A stretch of 64,000 bases of DNA from the human T2T-CHM13v2.0 reference genome, Homo sapiens, in NCBI RefSeq assembly GCF_009914755.1, contig NC_060945.1; one strand, written 5' to 3'. The position numbers and the translations under genes were made by a program. Under the pieces are notes generated by a model that was not told the DNA's origin, searched no databases, and saw only the letters and a list, made by a program, of their open reading frames with translations. Shown here in pieces: positions 55,401 to 64,000 of the stretch; position 1 is the stretch's first letter, and every line of letters starts with the position of its first letter.

Positions 55401-56877
55401 ACAAGCCAAAGAGACAGGAGAAGGAGCTCAGCTTGGCAAGCCCAGTGCCTGTAGCTCAAGCTACCTAGAGGCAAAATCAACTTTTTCTAGTTGAACAGTC
55501 TATAAGAGGGACCTTTCTGCCATCTCTCACCAGGAGAGGTCGTCTTTTCCCAATTTATCCCAAAGCATGGATTGTGGTAGAAATGAGGTGCTACATTCTA
55601 AATTATTGCTAAATTTGAGGCTTTTATTATTAGAATCATTACTTCTATAAAACTCATAACTGGTCTCATTATTTAAGTAAGAAGACTGAGGCCAGGGGTG
55701 ATTAAATAATCTCAAGTACCCAAAGTTCAAGTGTAGAGTTTGGTTTCAAAGCTAATTCATTTTGATTGGCTACATGAACTCTTAAGTCACAATGATACTT
55801 GGTTTACTACTTATTATTCTAATCTCCATTGTAAATATTCTGATTTTTTAAAAAAATAGTCTCATGCTCTTCTCAGAAAGCTTACGCATTTTCCAACTGG
55901 AAAAGTAGGGCTTGCTGCTGCTGCCACCATCCAGAAAATGACCACAACCTACATTTATAAACTTAATTTAAAATTATAAATAAAATTATAAATAAATTTG
56001 TTTATTAATGTAAGAAAATAGACTCCAGCTATAGTGCACTATGCAATTAAGTACATTATAAAATCTCTGTTGTAAAAATAAAAGTTTATTATAATAAAAC
56101 TCTTTATAAGAAAAAATTTTAAGAAGTTGGTGTAACATTGAATGCTGAACGCAGAACACTTGAACACCAGTCATTTTCTTTTTAGTTCAAAAGTGTTGGC
56201 ACTGGTATCACAGTCCTTGCTGCACTGTGTATGGTAGTATCAACATATTTATCAGTGTGATTGTGAGGGGGGTAAGAAGAAATTATGAAAAAGAAAAAAA
56301 TATCTTGTGTGATTCTAATAAAACATTCTAAGTTAATTCAGTCTGATTTGGGGAATATTTACCATGTGGATGCTCTTTTTTACTTTTTTTTGCAACTAAT
56401 GGTAGATCATAATTGAACAGCAGGAATTTGTAATATGTCTTTTATATTTTTATTGAAAAAGTGATATAAATTCAATATTCATCTAATATTAATAATATAT
56501 AATTATAGCGTGAGATATTAGAAAATATTTATTATTTTCATAACTAACTGAGCACTCAACTATCAGAAAATAAACAAATATAAGCAAAAAGAAAACCAAA
56601 TTATAGATCCTTTCTGCTCAGAAAGAAAAAGCAAACTACCCTGACTTCATGAGTTTGGCCCCACTTTATATCATTGCCAAGAGCATTTAAACCTCTGCCA
56701 ATAGTTAGCTCTATAGAAATTTTAATGGCTAAGGAAAAAGACAAAAATCATCTACTTATTCATGGAAAGAGTGATGAAATCTTTGTTGTGACAGTGATAG
56801 GAGTGTTAATAATAATAACTTTCTCTAAATAAAAGGGCCTGTTTATTTATGTAGCTGTGTGTGAAACTAATAAGGAT

Positions 56878-57647
56878 GAATATTTCTTTTATATAAAATA
56901 AATGTATTTTATTTATTTTAATATATAAAATATGTATTTTATTTATTTTAATATATAAAATAAATGTGTATTTTAATATATAAAATACACATTTATTTTA
57001 TTTATTTATTTTAATATATAAAAATACATATTTATTTTATTTATTTTAATTATTTATTTAATATATAAAATAAATATTTATTTTAATATATAAAATAAAT
57101 ATTTATTTTAATATATAAAATAAATATTTATTTTAATATATAAAATAAATATTTATTTTAATATATAAAATAAATATTTATTTTAATATATAAAATATTT
57201 ATTTTAATATATAAAATAAATATTTATTTTAATATATTAAAATAAATATTTATTTTATTTATTTATTTTAATATATAAAATATTTTATTTATTTATTTTA
57301 ATATATAAAATATTTATTTTATTTATTATTTTAATATATAAATATTTATTTTATTTATTTATTTTAATATATAAAATATTTATTTTATTTATTTATTTTA
57401 ATATATAAAATATTTATTTTATTTATTTATTTTAATATATAAAATAAATATTTTATTTATTTATTTTAATATATAAAATAAATATTTTATTTATTTATTT
57501 TAATATATAAAATAAATATTTTATTTATTTATTTTAATATATAAAATAAATATATATTTTATTTATTTTATTTATTTATTTTAATATATAAAATAAATAT
57601 TTATATACTTTATATAAAGAAGCCTCTTTTATATAAAAGAAATATTC
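56878..57647. repeat. AT-rich palindromic minisatellite (25-bp core ATATATAAAATAAATATTTATTTTA and longer variants)
   Basis: Five perfect 25-mers at 57061-57185 with degenerate units on either side. Confidence 0.93.
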
Positions 57648-57677
57648 TATAAAATATTTCTGTAAAAATTCAGTGCA

Positions 57678-57767
57678 ATCTATACGACAAACCTCCATGA
57701 CACACATTTACCTATGTAATAAACCTGCACATCCTACATATGTACCCGTGAACTTAAAATAAATGCT
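57678..57767 (+). mobile_element. Very short (~90 bp) L1PA/PB 3'-terminal insertion
   Basis: CCATGACACACATTTACCTATGTAATAAACCTGCACAT...GAACTTAAAATAAA; TSD TAAAAATTCAGTGCA / TAAAAATCCAGTGCA. Confidence 0.85.
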
Positions 57768-57852
57768 TAAAAATCCAGTGCAGAAAAACTTACATATTTA
57801 AATACTTTTTAGATTTAAAAATTAATTAGCTCCTAGTGCACATCTAGCAAAT

Positions 57853-57931
57853 AAATTATCTTGGATTTTATTTTCTCAATATGTTTGTAGAGAAATTATC
57901 TTGAATTTTATTTTCTCAATATGTTTGTAGA
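57853..57931. repeat. 40-bp tandem duplication (2 copies, 1 mismatch)
   Basis: AAATTATCTTGRATTTTATTTTCTCAATATGTTTGTAGA at 57853 and 57893. Confidence 0.9.
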
Positions 57932-60900
57932 ATCCTGGGCAGATCTTTTCTCTCTCTTGTAGATAAGCCCACAGTAAAAGGATGTCTTCAATTGCAGATG
58001 CTAGTTGACATTTAGTAATTTATAGTTCGACGGCATAAATGTAAGCTTAGTGTAATAGAACCCGTTATATGGTTCTCTGAATCCTTATCTATCCCATAAA
58101 ATGTTGATGGAAGATTTTATCTGAACATAACATTTGAAAATAAGAGACAGAGAAATTCTCCACGTTATCTCACAGAATGAGACGAGGGGTAATTGTAATT
58201 GTTCTCTAGGAAAATTGGCTTTTACAGAAGTGGGAAAGTTGCTTCCAGAAGATCTGCATTAACAAAACTTTTCTGGGAATTAGGGCAACATTTGTTTCCC
58301 AGCTGTTGGAGTTTCACTGCATTAGTAGCCAAATGTGATCAGCTGAAAGAGTGGTGAGACGTTCAATAGCTGCTGCTTCTGATGATTTTGCTGCAACTTG
58401 GACCAAATTTGCACGATAAGGTGGAAGTCAGTAATAAAATAGAATTGAATGTAAAGAAATTCAGTGTCAGCTTTAACTGACTGTATATAAACCCATAAAA
58501 ATTGTGCAATATATTTATAATTTCCTGAAAACTGCCTTGCTAGATCTGAACTGTTAGTGACTTTTCAGTTCAAACTCTGTAGACACAGCTGATGATCAAA
58601 CTTTAGAGTTAATAGATCTGTTCCAGTTGACGGTGGGCTGCTGTCTTGATGCCCTGAGAGTCTCCCGACCGTGCAGCCATCACAAGCTCCACTCCCTCAA
58701 GCAGGACCGGAGGACTGCTCTATTATCCACAACCAGAGACACAGCCTGGCACAGAGAGTGTCAAGCTGTCTATCGTCCAGGGTCTGGACAGCACTGATTG
58801 TTAGTTATTTTAAATATAATCTCTCTCCCTAGGTTTTTTTCTTTCATTATTATTATATCTGTATGAACTAACATAATGGTGTTAGAAATTTCCACATGAA
58901 ACCTAAAGCTCTCATGCATTTAATTAGAAGTACTATCTTAATTTTATGAGTTAATTTACATCACCATTTCTGTATGCTCATCATGAGTAAATCTGTGCTG
59001 CATTTATTTTTTAATATATCAGGGATAATGAACAGTGACTTTTAGCATATGCATCATACCCAGGAATTCCCTGAATGTTTGGGGCTTTGTTACATATAAC
59101 AAACTTTTTACTCACTGAAAGGTCTGGCTATTCTGTTTTGTTTTTTTTTAATATGACATTTTTTGACATCTTGCAAAACAATCTTCTTAGGGAAATTTAA
59201 TATTTCAAAAGTGCTGGGATAAAATCCAAGGCAGAAAGTTCTTGGAGTGAAAAATCGAACAAGTTAAAAACTCAAGGGAATGTAATTAAGATATATTTGG
59301 ACACTTAGAACTATGTAAAGGATGTAGTAGATGAAAATGGAAACCGCATGCTTCTAAATACAGTCATGAAAATACAAGCTTAATGGCATTGTTAGGCTCT
59401 GACTGAGAACAACCATTTTAAATGATGAAATCATCACAAAACTTAGTAATATATTAGGAGAAATTTTAAAATAATACATTAATTTTCAGAGTCAACCATT
59501 GGGGCTTTCTGTTAATTTGGGACTTTCATGATCATCTCTCAAAGAATATTTATTTTCAGGCTGATTTGTCCTCCTGAAGTTTCTCTAACTTATTTCCCAT
59601 GGTCATTCATACTAATATGTTCTTTTTCATTAACAATTTGGGCAGCCTGTTAATTTGTTCAGATTTTTTAGTGTGTTGCTGCTGGGTCCAGATCACGGTC
59701 ACGAAACAGAGGGAACAACTCTTGGCTTGCTTGCATTGCCAGAACTACTATTTTATGATTGGTTGTTCTCAGTTTGTGTCAAGATATTGAATGCCTATCA
59801 CTCAAACACTGTTGAGAAGTTAATGACCTTCCACTGATTTCTGTGCCTTTCTCCCTCTGAGTGTCATCATAGGTCATTAACTGCTGACTCCAGAAAGGAA
59901 TGGATATGATACACTGGCTCAGTGTGATGTACTGTAATTAAAGTACAAAGTTTGAATGCTTTTTTTTTTTTGCCAGTATTTAAATACAAGAATCTCCCCC
60001 ACCCCCAGAAATCCCTGACTACTGACAACTTTTATTGATAGGCTACACAATTAAATACATAGTAGAAAAGGCCATAAATACCAACAGGAATAATGTTAAT
60101 GGAGATGAATTGTAAGAAAGTAGAGAAACTATTTCCTAATTTCTTAGCATAAAGTAATTTGTCTAAATTTTACATAAAGTAATTGACAGTCTATTTTCCA
60201 GGTCCAAATCTAAGCTAAAATAGGGCAAGACTCAGAAAGTAGAAGAGGCTATGGACTATGGAAAGCAGTCTGGGCATAAGAAATAGTAACAGAGAGGGAT
60301 CCTTGGCGGTTTTAAAAGTTGACAGCAGAGAGCAGAGGTGAACAAAAGCAGAAGCAGTGAAAATCAAAACAAGACAGAATGACCATTCTGGAGATTGTTT
60401 ATAATCTTGCCATACATTCTTAGTGGTAAACAAGGGTGAGTGTAGACAATAGAACAATAGAAAGTCCATTGCTTATAGAACTAGCTAAATCCTATACACC
60501 GTAATATCCTTGACATCAATCTATTTATATCTGTTTATCGTCTGTCTATCTATCTAATCTGGCATATATATGTAAATATAAATATATACGACTTTATTAT
60601 GACCTGATATGCATATTTGCAGTTATTTCACTTGATAATTAGGAAAATTAGCACTGCTTAACATGTAGAGGTATGCGAAATTTAATTTTGAGATTTTTTT
60701 TTCAAACTCTTTTTGCCTATGTGTTTAAGACTTCACAGATGTTATTAGAGCAGAATTTCATTATGACGTCTCAAAAATTCTTTTAAGCTTGTTTGTGATT
60801 CTAGCCAATATCTTGAAATAAATTGATTTTCAGTATACTACAAATAATGACTTTATTGGGTATAGTATAGACTGTACATAATCAATAGATGTCAGGATAG

Positions 60901-62330
60901 GTGGTTAGGTGGTTAAATGGAATGCTGTAACATGAAAACCTTTAAGATACAGGTTTAAGATAAAAAATAGATTTTAAACTTCCCTTCCAAATTCAGAGTA
61001 TTCTATGTATGTATTTATAGATTTTAGATATTTGGTTGGTCCTAATCTTTATTCCTGAAGAAATATGTAATAAAACCACCAGTAGTAAGATTAACTACAG
61101 AAAAAGGTGAATTTAAATGAATTTGTATTTAAGTTTAACAAAATTCTGAGTTAGGGAAGGTTTAAAAAATGTAATACTATTACTTTCAAACTCATAAACG
61201 AATGAATGGAACATTTCTAAGGTTAAATTAGAGGAAGACATTGTTATTTCATATGTGTTTAATATATAAGTAGAGCCTCTAAAGCTGAGAGAAATAATTT
61301 GTTTTCAAGTCTGCTAAATGTTTATTACCTTAATTGTTTTGAGCTAATAATTTAACTGTCTTTGAAAGACCAGTTTGGCCAAATTTCAGCCTACTCAGGT
61401 CTCCATCCAAATTGTAAGAAATTGACAACAACCATTGATAAGATTTTACTAGCTCTTTTATTTCATGATATATTCATTCCACTGTTCTCTAAGCCATCAT
61501 TTTTTTCACATTTAAAGTATATTCCTTTTTTTAAAAAAGTACTTAATTCTTTAAGTTCATAGTTGGGAGATTTTAATTTGCAATTTATCACTTATCAGAG
61601 ATGTCTCTGTAAAATGAGAGAAGACATTGGCCTAGGAATTGGAGTTTACACACAATATCTCCCCAAAGACCCCAGAAAATACTCAAAAAATTGGTAATGA
61701 GATTTTTTCAGAGATAGTGAGTACTTTAGAACTCTATCTTGTCACTTCCAATGTAATATTATATTAATTAATCGTTTATTACTACCAATTACCTTCATTC
61801 TGTCCCCTTTTAACTTTCAATTTTAATAGATTTGTTTCGGGTATAAAAAATGAAAGCAAATATTTATACCTTAAATCTGCCACTTTGTATCTTCTTCAGA
61901 ACACCTTACATAAAATTGTTTCATTATATATTACTTGTTTTTGATAATTAATTTGCTTTATGAATTGTTATTCTTCTTTCATTAAGTTTTAGCTCACTTT
62001 ACTATACACTCCTGAAATTCCTTTAGCTATTTTCATTTGCTTTGTTAATTGGTTTATAAAATCTAAGCCAGAAGAGTTATAACTTCCCTTACAAACCTTG
62101 CTTGAAGTACTGGGTTTAAAAGTTTATGTTGCAAGTTTACGAGGGAATAAATTTGCTTTTACAAATTGCAAGCAATAGGCTAGAAAATAAACTTTATGAA
62201 ATAATTCAGTGGGAGAAGCATTTCTGGTAATGTATTTTCTGCTTTGACTGGTTCTTACATTTTGATTCTTAGTGTTGTTACAAATAGAGTTCCGATTATC
62301 AATATATGGGCATCTTTTTTTTTTTTTCAG

Positions 62331-62640
62331 GCCAAAAGGTGTGTTTTGCTGACTTCAAGCATCCCTGCTACAAAATGGCCTACTTCCATGAACTGTCCAG
62401 CCGAGTGAGCTTTCAGGAGGCACGCCTGGCTTGTGAGAGTGAGGGAGGAGTCCTCCTCAGCCTTGAGAATGAAGCAGAACAGAAGTTAATAGAGAGCATG
62501 TTGCAAAACCTGACAAAACCCGGGACAGGGATTTCTGATGGTGATTTCTGGATAGGGCTTTGGAGGAATGGAGATGGGCAAACATCTGGTGCCTGCCCAG
62601 ATCTCTACCAGTGGTCTGATGGAAGCAATTCCCAGTACCG
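62331..62640 (+). CDS. CHODL: Chondrolectin exon 2, N-terminal part of the C-type lectin domain (QKVCFADFKHPCYKMAYFHELSSRVSFQEARLACESEGG...FWIGLWR...YQWSDGSNSQYR)
   Basis: Acceptor T13-CAG|G at 62330/62331 and donor CG|GTGAGT at 62641; 310 nt. CTLD hallmarks: A-x-x-x-C, GG-x-L-x-S, WIGL, W-x-DG. N-glycosylation sequon NLT. Confidence 0.98.
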
Positions 62641-62791
62641 GTGAGTATGGATCTTGAGCAGTTGGCAGGTGCTCTGGGGAACTCCAAAGATAGAGGGAGG
62701 ACTCTGTTACCTGTAGAGGATGTCAGAGTAGGACAGGCAGAATCATTTAGTAGGCATGTATCTGAGTGTTCCTATTACTCTCTGTTTGCAG

Positions 62792-62949
62792 AAACTGGTA
62801 CACAGATGAACCTTCCTGCGGAAGTGAAAAGTGTGTTGTGATGTATCACCAACCAACTGCCAATCCTGGCCTTGGGGGTCCCTACCTTTACCAGTGGAAT
62901 GATGACAGGTGTAACATGAAGCACAATTATATTTGCAAGTATGAACCAG
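62792..62949 (+). CDS. CHODL: Chondrolectin exon 3, C-terminal part of the CTLD (NWYTDEPSCGSEKCVVM...WNDDRCNMKHNYICKYEP)
   Basis: Acceptor TTTGCAG|A at 62791/62792 and donor CAG|GTAAGC at 62950; 158 nt. Frame continues from exon 2 (CG+A = Arg). EPS and WND motifs and conserved cysteines present. Confidence 0.98.
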
Positions 62950-64000
62950 GTAAGCAGTAGCAAAAGAAGGTATAGAAGATTTTGTGCATGTTTAATTGTA
63001 TTAAGTTTTGTCTTTAATTTTGACTACCTGTGGCTCTTTTTGTTTTTCTGCTGTGAAATAGAAAATTACCTTGCAGTTTCTCATATCACTCGTGTAATGA
63101 AGCATATCATATGCTGTAGAGCAAACTGTCCAATGAGCTCAAAGAAGAGAGTAAATAAAAACAGCTGGAGAGATGTCTTTAAGAAAAAATAATCATTTCT
63201 TACAATAAAACCAAATATTTTTGTAAATAGATTTTATAAACAATAAATATTTTAAAATATTTTAAACATTACTATAATATGTGGGAAGTAGATGTAAGTT
63301 ACCAAAGCACCTATAGACTTACACATGTGAGCAGCACTTCTTTATCTGACTTTAAGAGAACAAAGCACTTTCTCCTGGATCATTTGCTTATCATTTTATG
63401 GTATAATACTTGACATGTGGTACTCAGTAAAAAGAAGACTGTCATAGCTCATTGCCCCATAGTGGAAAAAAGTAGGAAGATGTGACTCGTTCTCCCTATG
63501 ATTCCTATTCTTGAAATATGTCTCCTCAGTTAGCTTTCTTTTGAAATCTCCCACTACTTGTCATATGCAGCAAATGGGAATCTTACATTGACTTGAGCTA
63601 TACTGGCATGGGTTCTGGATTTAAAAAATAGTCCATTTGAATTACTTTAACTAGGACGGATCGTCTGAATTCATATTTGACTGAAAGAGGGACTAATACA
63701 AACTCTGTGGACTCATTTTTTAAAATCATCTAGAAAGTCAAGTTAGATCCTTAGGCTTTGAGATTTTTTTTGCTGTTTTTCTCCTCCTCAGTGTTTGGAA
63801 GTGTCATTTTAACTCTTCTGAAGAGGTGTCTGCTTGAACTCATAATACGTGTTCACAGAAGGCAATTATAGTTGAGTACTGCTGCTTCCATTATTCTCCT
63901 GAAATTACATGATTCTTTTTCTCATAATACCAGAAAACACAAGGGATTATTTGGATTAGACTTACCCTTCTCTTACATTTATCCTGCTCTTGAGTGTATT

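Noticed and set aside
57061-57600. Regularly spaced palindromic repeats as a CRISPR-like array
   Set aside because: No unique spacers, no cas genes, human context; it is a minisatellite.
56878-57647. Terminal inverted repeats suggesting a MITE/DNA transposon
   Set aside because: No clear target-site duplication, and the interior is built from the same AT motif as the ends; fold-back expansion is the simpler explanation.

Overview
This is human (primate) genomic DNA, recognisable as the 5' part of the chondrolectin gene CHODL (chr21q21) on the + strand. About the first 50 kb is AT-rich and repeat-dense: old L1M/L1MA fragments, two large deleted L1s with nested insertions, a complete two-LTR THE1 element, solo MaLR LTRs, Alus, L2 and MIR. 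A TATA-containing CpG-island promoter lies at ~50.1-51.3 kb. It is followed by signal-peptide exon 1 (ATG 50706), a probable alternative first coding exon (MTAGSAHS, 51430-51451), an 11.5-kb intron 1 with two large AT-rich arrays, and exons 2-3 encoding the C-type lectin domain (62331-62640, 62792-62949). The gene continues beyond the window. I see no evidence for a novel biological system, and nearly all ORF-track entries are repeat-derived or chance ORFs. The most interesting signals are regulatory or structural: a uORF overlapping a G-quadruplex tract in the 5' UTR, alternative signal-less N-termini, a palindromic AT-rich array bracketed by a perfect 21-bp inverted repeat, and an isolated CpG/ETS/YY1 promoter-like patch about 10.6 kb upstream. 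Repeat subfamily names are by-eye assignments and their boundaries are approximate.
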